Origin: a virus | Taxonomy: Duplodnaviria; Heunggongvirae; Uroviricota; Caudoviricetes | Direction: 5' to 3' (one strand) | IMG/VR virus record: IMGVR_UViG_2648501920_000014 | Coordinates: 1 to 37,057 of that record | DNA: 37,057 bases | Part shown: piece by piece, positions 1-7,405 of the stretch | Numbering within the stretch: the stretch's first letter is position 1 | How the letters are laid out: the number at the start of each line of letters is the position of its first letter | Position numbers and translations under genes: made by a program | Notes under the pieces: generated by a model | The model's input: the letters and a program-made list of their open reading frames with translations, nothing else | Database searches by the model: none | Told to the model about the DNA's origin: nothing

Positions 1-483
1 CTATCTGGTCAGGGTGTCGTACTGTTTTTCACAGACTCTTCCGGCTTCGGCTGCCCGGTCAGCATACTCTGCCAGTTGTCTGTTTCTCTCGAGAGATTTA
101 CTGAGCACGTCGGCAAGCAAAACTCCGGTGTCTGCGGCTGACGTCCCAGCGCCGACAATGGCGTTATACTGCCTGAGCTGCTCACGGATGGCAACGAGCT
201 GTTGCTGCAACCTGCCAGCGCGAGCTGCAGCATCAAGAGCATCATTGCGCGCCTGGTCGATCCTCTGCTGCGCTTCACGTTCATTGATCGCTTTCTCCTG
301 TTCGTAGTGCTGACGAATTCTCTCATCTTCGGTTTTGCGGTCTTCTTTCGCCTGCGCATACCCGGCGTCGTACTGACGACTGCCGTGTACACTCCAGGCA
401 ACAACTCCTGATATGACCAGAACAGCAAGCACCGCCATGATAATCAACTGTTTCCGGTATGCTTTTACGAATGCCAAGATCAT
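1..483 (-). CDS. Rz-like i-spanin (lysis)
   Basis: ATG at 483, stop at 1-3; N-terminal TM helix then Q/R/E/A-rich coiled-coil; last gene of the lysis cassette, overlaps endolysin stop by 4 nt. Confidence 0.6.
   Translation of the reverse strand: MILAFVKAYRKQLIIMAVLAVLVISGVVAWSVHGSRQYDAGYAQAKEDRKTEDERIRQHYEQEKAINEREAQQRIDQARNDALDAAARAGRLQQQLVAIREQLRQYNAIVGAGTSAADTGVLLADVLSKSLERNRQLAEYADRAAEAGRVCEKQYDTLTR
9..284 (-). CDS. Rz1-like o-spanin lipoprotein embedded in Rz
   Basis: Alternative frame fully inside Rz; ATG at 284; basic n-region [12 protein letters not shown], hydrophobic core, lipobox LAGC, Ser/Pro/Thr-rich mature part. Start choice uncertain (ATG at 245 also possible). Confidence 0.4.
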   Translation of the reverse strand: MNVKRSRGSTRRAMMLLMLQLALAGCSNSSLPSVSSSGSITPLSALGRQPQTPEFCLPTCSVNLSRETDNWQSMLTGQPKPEESVKNSTTP

Positions 484-1109
484 ACCGCCAGCACCTTACT
501 GGCATTGATGTATCGCGCGCGCCGGTCGTCGATGCCGTTCCGGCCACCATTGATAATCAGAGTTACACGTGCAATATCGCCGGTATACTTCATGCATCCT
601 TTGCTGGCAAAGAACCACGCCGCGCTACGAGCCGCGTATTCGTCCTGCGCCAGCAGTTCAGGACTCTCCAGCAGGTCAACCTTAAGACCGTTTCCACAGT
701 CACGATAGTTATTCAAACCGGTAACCTGGATAAGCCCGCGCCCACGGTAGTTCCAGCCATCACCAGGGGCATTGTTCCCCATGCGTTTGCTGTACACCAG
801 ATTGGCAATCGCTCTCTGGCGCTCAAGTGGCAATGGTGGTTCGCCTGCACGTCGCCCCAATGCGTTGGCCTGTCCCTGAGTGAGACGCCCAGCCCGAACA
901 AAGTTAGCCAGTCCGCTGACGCTGTAGTTGAAATTCTCCTGCAACCGGGTGAAGCCTCCAGACTCATGCCCGACCTGAGCAATAAACATAGCCTGATCTT
1001 CTGGTTTGCTGATACCAAACTCTTTCATCGCAGAAGTTATATGCGAGAACCAGCGTGCGGCCAGTGCCTCGCTGATACCAGCAGCTCGCTGGAATTGTTT
1101 AATCTCCAT
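480..1109 (-). CDS. Endolysin, glycoside hydrolase family 19 (chitinase-like lysozyme)
   Basis: ATG at 1109; motifs [18 protein letters not shown] and NY typical of GH19 phage endolysins; sits between holin candidates and Rz. Confidence 0.8.
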   Translation of the reverse strand: MEIKQFQRAAGISEALAARWFSHITSAMKEFGISKPEDQAMFIAQVGHESGGFTRLQENFNYSVSGLANFVRAGRLTQGQANALGRRAGEPPLPLERQRAIANLVYSKRMGNNAPGDGWNYRGRGLIQVTGLNNYRDCGNGLKVDLLESPELLAQDEYAARSAAWFFASKGCMKYTGDIARVTLIINGGRNGIDDRRARYINASKVLAV

Positions 1110-1407
1110 GTTTAGACCTCGATACTTTGAAAATTTGAACGACGTTACCGCGCGTTTTAATAACCGCAGCTAGCATGACAGCGTTGATAATGACCTCAGA
1201 TAAATCCACAGCCATTGGCGTACGTAACCAGATTGCATAGGCGACACGAACAGGAATACTGGCCGCAGCAACAATCAGGAAATAAGCAAGCCATCCTCCC
1301 CACCTTCGGTGTTGAGAGCCGTTACGCCGGAATGTGACAACGCGAATTGCTATGCCAGTGCAAATAACTGCATTGGTGATAAGCAAAAAAAACTCATGCG
1401 TTACCAT
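1099..1407 (-). CDS. Small membrane protein, putative holin or antiholin
   Basis: ATG at 1407 preceded by GGGGAG Shine-Dalgarno; 102 aa with hydrophobic helices; immediately upstream of endolysin. Confidence 0.45.
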   Translation of the reverse strand: MVTHEFFLLITNAVICTGIAIRVVTFRRNGSQHRRWGGWLAYFLIVAAASIPVRVAYAIWLRTPMAVDLSEVIINAVMLAAVIKTRGNVVQIFKVSRSKHGD

Positions 1408-1798
1408 CGTCTTTTCTCCCCGGAATTAACTCGCGTGGATTATCGGAACGGTGATAGAGCCATATACCAATACGCACAGCGACAATTGCTGACACGAATG
1501 CGCCTGCAGAGAAAACAATCCCTTTTTCAAAAGAGTCCTGCGTGATGGTAGGGATCAGGCTGGCTATGCCGATAAGAATTGATGCTGCTGGTTTGTAAAA
1601 GAGAAGGCCGCAAAGAAAGCTGAGCATCGACAGGAGCACCCGGCGACGGATGGGGTACTCTACTGCAGAGGTAACAAAAATTACCGCTCCAGCCAAAGCA
1701 CCCAAAGCAACCTCAGGAGGAACTCCTGCTATCACCGCCGCCAGAGAACTCATGCTAAGCCACTGATTTAAAGTTTCACTGGTTAGTTGAGCTGACAT
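1394..1798 (-). CDS. Putative holin (multi-TM membrane protein)
   Basis: ATG at 1798 with GGTGGA SD (track ORF starts at GTG 1807); about 134 aa with three hydrophobic segments and a charged C-terminus. Confidence 0.45.
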   Translation of the reverse strand: MSAQLTSETLNQWLSMSSLAAVIAGVPPEVALGALAGAVIFVTSAVEYPIRRRVLLSMLSFLCGLLFYKPAASILIGIASLIPTITQDSFEKGIVFSAGAFVSAIVAVRIGIWLYHRSDNPRELIPGRKDDGNA

Positions 1799-2000
1799 GT
1801 TTTCCACCGTTTATATGCATAACAACCTCCTGAACAGTAAAGCATTACGCATAATAAACCATTTATGGTTTTTTGTTACTTTAACATCGTCAATTCCCTG
1901 TTTTTCATGCCGAGAATAAAGCTCACCTTTTACATGACTCTGAAGAAACAAACAGTGAAGAGCAGGTTGAATACCGCACCATTTAATGGCGCGGTAGCAG

Positions 2001-2297
2001 TCAAATAGAGAAATAAACACAAAAACAAAAAACAACAGGAACAGCAAAATCCAACAGACTTCCCACATCCCACACGCGTGGATCAAAACCTCCCCACCAC
2101 GGCATGTTGATACGTTTCCCTTTCCCAAACTTTTCTATCCAGCGATATTCTGCCTGGGTGTGTTCACGCGCAATGAAGAACGTACAACCGGCTATCGCAC
2201 CGTAAGCCCAGTTTCCGGTAAAAATACCAACCAGTACCTGAGCCACAAAAGCGCAAAGCGAGTGAAGAAATGGAGTGACATCAATGCTCTTAATCAT
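2001..2297 (-). CDS. Small hydrophobic membrane protein, function unknown
   Basis: ATG at 2297 overlapping tail fibre stop (ATGA); 98 aa, hydrophobic, AT-rich gene between tail fibre and lysis genes. Confidence 0.4.
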   Translation of the reverse strand: MIKSIDVTPFLHSLCAFVAQVLVGIFTGNWAYGAIAGCTFFIAREHTQAEYRWIEKFGKGKRINMPWWGGFDPRVWDVGSLLDFAVPVVFCFCVYFSI

Positions 2298-4483
2298 GAA
2301 ACTTCCCCATTGGTTGAAAATATGGCTCCTCCAACGCCAAGTGTATTTCGTGTTGTGCTCAACCTCAGAGGGCTGGAGTCAGAATTAGAATATCCTGTAG
2401 CAGAAATAAAAGATCCTCCACTAATAGTCAACTGCGGAACATCGGCTATATCTGAATAAGTTCTGTCAGCAACAGTATTATTTATAGCCACATATGATCC
2501 AAAAAAACTTCTTATTGTTTGGTTTTTAACTTTACTTCCTTCAATGGTTATCCTACTACCACAGTCGGCAATAAATCCTGAATCTGCATCCAGCGTTGCA
2601 TTCATAAAAGAAGCTTCAGATCTCTCTACATCAATCCATCTAATATCTTTTGTGGGATTTGCACCAAATACATGACAAATATTAGAGTTAAACCTTACAC
2701 CATCTTGGAGGTGCATTAATTTTTTTATATCTGTACCCCATAGCCTTGGAAAATTAACAGATGCTCCTGCATGGCAATCAAATCCCAGCTCAGCCCCTGA
2801 GATATCTACAGCCTTTCCTGAAATAACAGCACCAGTGTCTGCATTAACGGCTGTTCCACAATTGCGCATATCATTACCAGCAACATCAACGCAACCCGCA
2901 CCATCAATACGCACACCAAGTGCACATCCATAAAAACCTTTTTCAATATTTGGTTCAAGGACTTTACCACTTGTTTCTGCATCACTTTCTTCAACGTCAT
3001 GTCGTCTTGCATCAACATATGCTGTATGAATGCAGGTTAATCCACGATATGAGCAATGTATAGTTTTATGGTCGCGTATATTAACATTTGAACCATCTCT
3101 TACATTCCATCCTATATAACAATAGCTTGCACTTGACCCCTGAAAATCTGCTTTAACATTATAAATACAATTAACTGACGCAACCGTACTCTCTGTGCAC
3201 CGTTCAAACTTGCTTACAGGCATTGATGCCTTGACATTATTTACCAGTTGCAGGGAAGAGTATCTGCTATAAGAAAAATCACATACGTAATACCCTTCTG
3301 GCATATATGCAGCAACACTTTCCTCATCAGGAGCACATCCGGTATGATATGCACTAATTTTTGCACCAAAACTACCATGAATTCCAACGTAGAACTTTCG
3401 AGCACCTGAATACGGATAGAAATTAAGTTCAGCTTTTTGAGTTACAATAAATGCACAAACATCGCTATCATCTCTATTTTCTTCGATCTGAATAGCAAAT
3501 ACAGGACTTTTTGCTGCATCGCAAATGTAAAATAAATACTTGTATTCGTAATACGTTCTAACGATTTTAGTAAACAAACGAGTGTCAGAGAAAACCACTG
3601 AGTCTTCTGATGTTATTTTAATCCAAGACAAATCAACACCTGAACTGAATTCAATTTGATAGTTGATAATATGCCCGGTCTTAATTCTTATTTCGCAGAA
3701 AGCATTACCACCATCCCACATAGGTCTCATTGACTGGGCTGCAATGATTGCATCTTTGAGTGTAGGGTAATCACCCCATTCGCCAACAGTAATAACAAAA
3801 GTATAATATGAGTTAAAAACAGCGGCATTTTTGCCTTTGGATATCAACTCCTTAATCATAAAAATATTATCTTCGTAATCACAAGGAGAAATTATATCCC
3901 TCATTTTGCTTTGAAATGTTCGTTGTCTTGCCCCGCTTCCTGACGGTATAAACCAACCAAAACCACCAACAACCCCGGCGATTGCAGCATCGACATAATT
4001 ACGCATTGAGCGATTATTTACAGCGTCCTGCTCAAATGATGGATCTGCAAGGTTAGAAATTTTGTTTTGCTTTGCATCGTAATATTTTGCAAGCAAAGAT
4101 GGTTTCATCAATGCACGTCTGAACCACCCAAAACATCGCTGGATCAGCATCGTCAGGTAGTCAAATGCATCTTCATGAACTTCGGGGAAAAATTTTCCCT
4201 GATTGCGAAGATCAGTCTCCTGCACCACATCAAGCACACGCTCTATCGTAATTCGCCAGCCAGCAGCAAGCGGCGACGGGAGAACCACTTCACCGCCACT
4301 ATAAGTGCCCGCTCCAGTTACCTTATAACCGGTATCCAGAACCAATTCTGTTACGTTCCCGTTCAGGTCAGACACCTGAACAACCAGGTCGGTTTTTTTG
4401 AAAATACGGAAGGTATACGGAAATGATGTCGTAACGCCGTTACCGGTGTATTCGTTGTGGTCAACTTCGGTTGAGACCGTCAT
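2294..4483 (-). CDS. Tail fibre / tailspike with T7-type N-terminal anchor and beta-helix-like distal receptor-binding region
   Basis: ATG at 4483; first ~110 aa match the T7 tail-fibre N-terminal pattern; remainder is Gly/Asn/Asp/Val/Ile/Cys-rich and visibly AT-rich. Confidence 0.7.
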   Translation of the reverse strand: MTVSTEVDHNEYTGNGVTTSFPYTFRIFKKTDLVVQVSDLNGNVTELVLDTGYKVTGAGTYSGGEVVLPSPLAAGWRITIERVLDVVQETDLRNQGKFFPEVHEDAFDYLTMLIQRCFGWFRRALMKPSLLAKYYDAKQNKISNLADPSFEQDAVNNRSMRNYVDAAIAGVVGGFGWFIPSGSGARQRTFQSKMRDIISPCDYEDNIFMIKELISKGKNAAVFNSYYTFVITVGEWGDYPTLKDAIIAAQSMRPMWDGGNAFCEIRIKTGHIINYQIEFSSGVDLSWIKITSEDSVVFSDTRLFTKIVRTYYEYKYLFYICDAAKSPVFAIQIEENRDDSDVCAFIVTQKAELNFYPYSGARKFYVGIHGSFGAKISAYHTGCAPDEESVAAYMPEGYYVCDFSYSRYSSLQLVNNVKASMPVSKFERCTESTVASVNCIYNVKADFQGSSASYCYIGWNVRDGSNVNIRDHKTIHCSYRGLTCIHTAYVDARRHDVEESDAETSGKVLEPNIEKGFYGCALGVRIDGAGCVDVAGNDMRNCGTAVNADTGAVISGKAVDISGAELGFDCHAGASVNFPRLWGTDIKKLMHLQDGVRFNSNICHVFGANPTKDIRWIDVERSEASFMNATLDADSGFIADCGSRITIEGSKVKNQTIRSFFGSYVAINNTVADRTYSDIADVPQLTISGGSFISATGYSNSDSSPLRLSTTRNTLGVGGAIFSTNGEVS

Positions 4484-4587
4484 GTTAAATCTCCAGATAG
4501 TCGCAGCACCCGTTGCGCCGCATATCTGGTTATTCTATTACCTGAAAAACCACATATGGATAGAAAGACTGTGAATACGAATAGATA

Positions 4588-4602
4588 TTACCTTTCGGGT
4601 AA
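4588..4602. promoter_or_regulatory. Operator-like inverted repeat TTACC-TTTCG-GGTAA
   Basis: 15-bp dyad with A/T flanks; between tail fibre start (4483) and LexA box; one of at least 14 copies. Confidence 0.4.
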
Positions 4603-4641
4603 TTTGCAAAACGTGCTGGATAGCAAACAAATTATTTGATA

Positions 4642-4657
4642 CTGTATAAATATACAG
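4642..4657. promoter_or_regulatory. LexA (SOS) box CTGTATAAATATACAG
   Basis: Perfect CTGT-N8-ACAG with AT-only spacer, centre of an 18-bp near-palindrome; 21 nt upstream of ATG 4679. Confidence 0.6.
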
Positions 4658-4678
4658 TTATTGCATGGAGAAGATAAG

Positions 4679-4936
4679 ATGCAGCAGTATCACTATCCAC
4701 TGGAAGACGGATTTACCGAAAGGATTCACACGCCGGGAGGCGTCAGGTCACTGGTGGAGGGATCGCACTTGATGAAATTACTCCGGGATCTCGATAAGGA
4801 TGGATTTAATGTCGATGGCCCACTTGCCGAACTGACTGCACTAATTAACTACGTCACCAGCTCACAGATGTCTATGCGGGATCTGCAAACACATCTCGAC
4901 TATTGTGCCGAACAATTACGAAAACAAACCAGATAA
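4679..4936 (+). CDS. Small protein (85 aa), SOS-box-fronted; paralogue of the C-terminal domain of the adjacent Bro-N protein; candidate antirepressor
   Basis: ATG at 4679 with GGAG SD (track ORF begins at TTG 4661); stop TAA 4934-4936; by-eye alignment to Bro-N residues ~165-228. Confidence 0.55.
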   Translation: MQQYHYPLEDGFTERIHTPGGVRSLVEGSHLMKLLRDLDKDGFNVDGPLAELTALINYVTSSQMSMRDLQTHLDYCAEQLRKQTR

Positions 4937-4939
4937 GGT

Positions 4940-4968
4940 TTGCAATTACCAAATGGAGTGCTTATATT
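4940..4968 (+). promoter_or_regulatory. Sigma70-like promoter TTGCAA-17-TATATT
   Basis: -35 TTGCAA 4940-4945, 17-bp spacer, -10 TATATT 4963-4968; operator repeat overlaps the -10 end. Confidence 0.4.
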
Positions 4969-4982
4969 TACCTTTGCGGTAA
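4968..4982. promoter_or_regulatory. Operator-like inverted repeat TTACC-TTTGC-GGTAA
   Basis: 15-bp dyad overlapping the -10/+1 region of the promoter at 4940-4968. Confidence 0.4.
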
Positions 4983-5072
4983 ATTTACATCGCACTCCTC
5001 TTGTGCCATAGTAATCGGGCACTGGCAAAATCCAGTGCCGGGATTGGCGTCCCGGGTTACTAAGTGGCGCAT

Positions 5073-5096
5073 ACCACGCCAGACGTGGTTTTTTTA
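5073..5096 (+). terminator. Rho-independent terminator (ACCACG-CCAGA-CGTGGT + T-run)
   Basis: 6-bp stem, 5-nt loop, followed by 6-7 T; ends an ORF-free transcript of about 120 nt that starts near 4975. Confidence 0.5.
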
Positions 5097-5251
5097 TGCG
5101 TTAAGCACAGCTATATCCGAATTATGGTGGGCTGGGCAGGGGTCCGAAAGGACGCCGGTACCACTTAGGCCGGTACGCCAACCTTGTCCAGTTCACCACC
5201 AGTAATTGGCGTTGCGGTGGTGATTAAAATCACTAAGTGGAGATAACCACC

Positions 5252-5962
5252 ATGGCTAATGCTCAAACTGCCATCTTCAAATTTGAATCTGTTAACCCTA
5301 TCCGTTCCATCATTATCGATGGCCAACCATGGTTTGTAGCCCAAGACGTTTGTAGTGCGCTGCGTATCCAAAACGTCACCCAAGCACTTGAAAAACTGGA
5401 TGATGATGAAAGGTCTATGTTCAACATAGGGCATGAACATCGTGCAATTTTTGACAGCCGAGTAAAAGAGATCAACATCATCTCCGAGTCAGGCCTCTAC
5501 ACACTGATCCTCCGCTGCCGCGACGCAGTGACACCAGGCACTATCCCCTACCGCTTTCGTAAATGGGTTACAGGTGAGGTTCTTCCTCAGATCCGCCGCA
5601 CCGGAAGTTACATTAAAAACTCGCTCCCGCAGGAAGAACGCATAAAGATAGTTGCCGACCAGGTAGCCAACGCCACAGCATCAGCAGTGATGCAGGCAAT
5701 GAAGATAGAGAACAAAACCTACAGTGCCCCACTGAAGCCCGGCTACCGCAGCCTGATTCATTCTCCGTCTGGTGTTCTCGGCCTGACGGAGAACTCACTG
5801 CTGATGAATCTGCTGAACCAGTTACAGGAAGACGGGCACGACGTATCGGGCGCGGCGGCGGAGCTGACCACCATGTTCTGCTACATTGTTGGTGTGAGCA
5901 AATGCCTGCGTGATATCCAGACCCACGCGGAGTACATCAACGACAAGGCTGGGTTCTTCTGA
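5252..5962 (+). CDS. Bro-N domain protein (antirepressor-like) with C-terminal domain paralogous to the 4679-4936 product
   Basis: ATG at 5252 with GGAGA SD (track ORF begins at GTG 5237); N-terminal ~115 aa match the Bro-N pattern (WFVAQDVCSALRI, GLYTLIL, FRKWVTGEVLPQIRRTGSY). Confidence 0.7.
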   Translation: MANAQTAIFKFESVNPIRSIIIDGQPWFVAQDVCSALRIQNVTQALEKLDDDERSMFNIGHEHRAIFDSRVKEINIISESGLYTLILRCRDAVTPGTIPYRFRKWVTGEVLPQIRRTGSYIKNSLPQEERIKIVADQVANATASAVMQAMKIENKTYSAPLKPGYRSLIHSPSGVLGLTENSLLMNLLNQLQEDGHDVSGAAAELTTMFCYIVGVSKCLRDIQTHAEYINDKAGFF

Positions 5963-6034
5963 CGGGCGGCGGCACAGGGATGTGCCTTTAAATAATTCTG
6001 TACAGATTGCAGACTGTGGGTGAATAGCGTACTA

Positions 6035-6049
6035 TTACCTTAAAGGTAA
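6035..6049. promoter_or_regulatory. Operator-like inverted repeat TTACC-TTAAA-GGTAA
   Basis: Immediately upstream of GGAGG SD and ATG 6062; overlaps the -10 of a TTGCAG-17-TACTAT promoter (6007-6035). Confidence 0.4.
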
Positions 6050-6061
6050 AGGAGGCGCGAT

Positions 6062-6229
6062 ATGACAGCGTTGAAAAATCGTACTCAGCACAATGAACAA
6101 GCCAAGCAATGCTGGGATGTCATTGGAAAAGTTATGCTTGGCCGCGCAAGCAAAGAGCGCGACAAGGATATGGTTTACCAGACAGGAACATCTTTCAGCG
6201 ACTTCAAGGCGGCATTTCGCTCCAAATAG
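6062..6229 (+). CDS. Small protein (55 aa), unknown function; first gene of an AT-rich two-gene cassette
   Basis: ATG at 6062, GGAGG SD at 6051-6055, stop TAG 6227-6229; below the 60-aa track cutoff, read by hand. Confidence 0.4.
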   Translation: MTALKNRTQHNEQAKQCWDVIGKVMLGRASKERDKDMVYQTGTSFSDFKAAFRSK

Positions 6230-6249
6230 AAGCACATCAGGAGTTTTCC

Positions 6250-6690
6250 TTGAAGTTTAACATTAGAATATCTAATAGTTTTCTACATGGGGAAAGCAAC
6301 ACCCCTTTCGCTGTAGACGGACCTTTCCTTACTGATGATGAAATAAAAATCATACAAAGTTTTTTAGAGGATGTTGCCAATGGAAGGGCGCTTGTTGGAA
6401 AAAACAAGCCCTCGTGGGTTGATGATAACCATGATAAAATTCCCGGCTCAGACAATTATGAGCAAGAGAATTATTGGCATTATCATTGTGGGCCAACATG
6501 GTATCCAAACACATTTAAGAATTATACCATTAACTTAAATTTCAACCCTGGCGGAAGGCATTCTAATGAATGCATTCATTATGCAAAAAATGATAATGAA
6601 ATTGTCATTGTTGGATTTTCAAGAGAACACATACCTTTCCTTTCATCAGATGGAAACAACAATCCGCTTTTTAATGATGAAGAAGAATAG
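6250..6690 (+). CDS. Hypothetical protein (~146 aa), acidic C-terminus (NDEEE), AT-rich
   Basis: No internal Met; most plausible start is TTG 6250 with AGGAG SD at 6239-6243 (track ORF begins at ATG 6109, which would overlap the upstream gene); stop TAG 6688-6690. Confidence 0.45.
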   Translation: MKFNIRISNSFLHGESNTPFAVDGPFLTDDEIKIIQSFLEDVANGRALVGKNKPSWVDDNHDKIPGSDNYEQENYWHYHCGPTWYPNTFKNYTINLNFNPGGRHSNECIHYAKNDNEIVIVGFSREHIPFLSSDGNNNPLFNDEEE

Positions 6691-6711
6691 CCCGCGCTGC
6701 GGGCTTTTTTG
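6689..6711 (+). terminator. Rho-independent terminator (AGCCCGC-GCT-GCGGGCT + TTTTT)
   Basis: 7-bp GC-rich stem directly after the 6690 stop, followed by a T-run. Confidence 0.6.
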
Positions 6712-6782
6712 TGGGCGAAACAAAAGTCAGTGCTACACTCATTGACGCCACATTGAGGTGGCTTATAGATGGAAATTTCACA

Positions 6783-6944
6783 ATGAAAAAAGCATTTGCT
6801 GCACTGTTCGTTTTGTTGTCTCTGGTAGCTTCAACTCAGGCCTTTGCCGGTCGTTGTCAGCACGACAGCGACACTGCTGCTGACGGCTCCCGCTGCGGTG
6901 GGCGTTCTGCGGATTCCCGCCCTGGTGGCGGTGGCATTCGTTAA
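6783..6944 (+). CDS. Small secreted peptide precursor (53 aa; signal peptide plus ~31-aa Gly/Cys-containing mature part)
   Basis: ATG at 6783; MKKAFAALFVLLSLVASTQAFA looks like a Sec signal peptide with an AFA-G cleavage site; stop TAA 6942-6944; SD is weak. Confidence 0.4.
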   Translation: MKKAFAALFVLLSLVASTQAFAGRCQHDSDTAADGSRCGGRSADSRPGGGGIR

Positions 6945-6966
6945 AAACAAGGCCGCGAAAGCGGCC
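6943..6966 (-). terminator. Hairpin GGCCGC-GAAA-GCGGCC with T-run on the minus strand
   Basis: On the minus strand the hairpin is followed by TTGTTTTT; lies just downstream of the lipoprotein gene end (6983). Confidence 0.45.
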
Positions 6967-6967
6967 T

Positions 6968-6979
6968 GTGACATGTCAC
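6968..6979. repeat. 12-bp perfect palindrome GTGACATGTCAC (copy A)
   Basis: Identical palindrome also at 24071-24082 and 26522-26533; this copy lies between the plus-strand accessory island and the minus-strand lipoprotein gene. Confidence 0.5.
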
Positions 6980-6982
6980 GAC

Positions 6983-7396
6983 TTATAAAGATGACTGATA
7001 TTTTACAACTCTGTTCATGGCATCTTTTTTCACCGAGCTGATATCAGTTCTTATTTTGGCTTCGTCATTACTGCTTATCATGCTATTAATTTTTTGCACT
7101 GACATGCCGTTTCTTTCAGCCATTGCACATACAGCAGCATCGTATGAAGAACTCGCTGCGATGGATATCACCTTGTTACACTCAAACACAGCACCTTCAG
7201 CAATATCAGATGCCGATGAGGCTGGCTTGGTATAAGTCTTGACGTAGTGATCAATACAACTATCCTTCGCCGTCTTGGCAAGAGAAAAATCCATTTTAAC
7301 TTTGTCGCAATATGCCTTATCAACACCGTCATAAACATCATAGGATGTCGAGCAAGCGGATATCAAAAATACCGATAACAGCAATAATTCCTTCAT
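6983..7396 (-). CDS. Lipoprotein (137 aa), AT-rich accessory gene
   Basis: ATG at 7396; signal peptide MKELLLLSVFLISAC with lipobox ISAC; visibly lower GC than flanking virion genes. Confidence 0.6.
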   Translation of the reverse strand: MKELLLLSVFLISACSTSYDVYDGVDKAYCDKVKMDFSLAKTAKDSCIDHYVKTYTKPASSASDIAEGAVFECNKVISIAASSSYDAAVCAMAERNGMSVQKINSMISSNDEAKIRTDISSVKKDAMNRVVKYQSSL

Positions 7397-7405
7397 TGTT
7401 GTTCC

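Noticed and set aside
459-1115. 218-aa plus-strand ORF
   Set aside because: Lies entirely antisense to the GH19 endolysin gene, which has clear catalytic motifs; no SD; composition looks like antisense noise.
1811-2128. 105-aa minus-strand ORF with TTG start
   Set aside because: Overlaps the 2001-2297 membrane protein gene in another frame; only a TTG start, no SD; treated as spurious.
4903-5205. 100-aa plus-strand ORF spanning the hairpin/terminator region
   Set aside because: Starts inside the preceding gene, has no SD and runs through an intrinsic terminator; the region is better explained as non-coding.
5219-5232. Inverted repeat GTGAT-TAAA-ATCAC before the Bro-N gene as a second operator type
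   Set aside because: Single occurrence with short arms; not distinguishable from chance or from a -10 element (TAAAAT) without further evidence.
6109-6249. ATG at 6109 as start of the long ORF ending at 6690
   Set aside because: Would overlap most of the 55-aa ORF in another frame and has no SD; TTG 6250 with AGGAG 6 nt upstream fits an operon layout better. Start remains uncertain.
6968-6979. GTGACATGTCAC palindromes as CRP binding sites
   Set aside because: CRP needs TGTGA-N6-TCACA; here the half-sites are separated by 2-4 bp, so the spacing does not fit.
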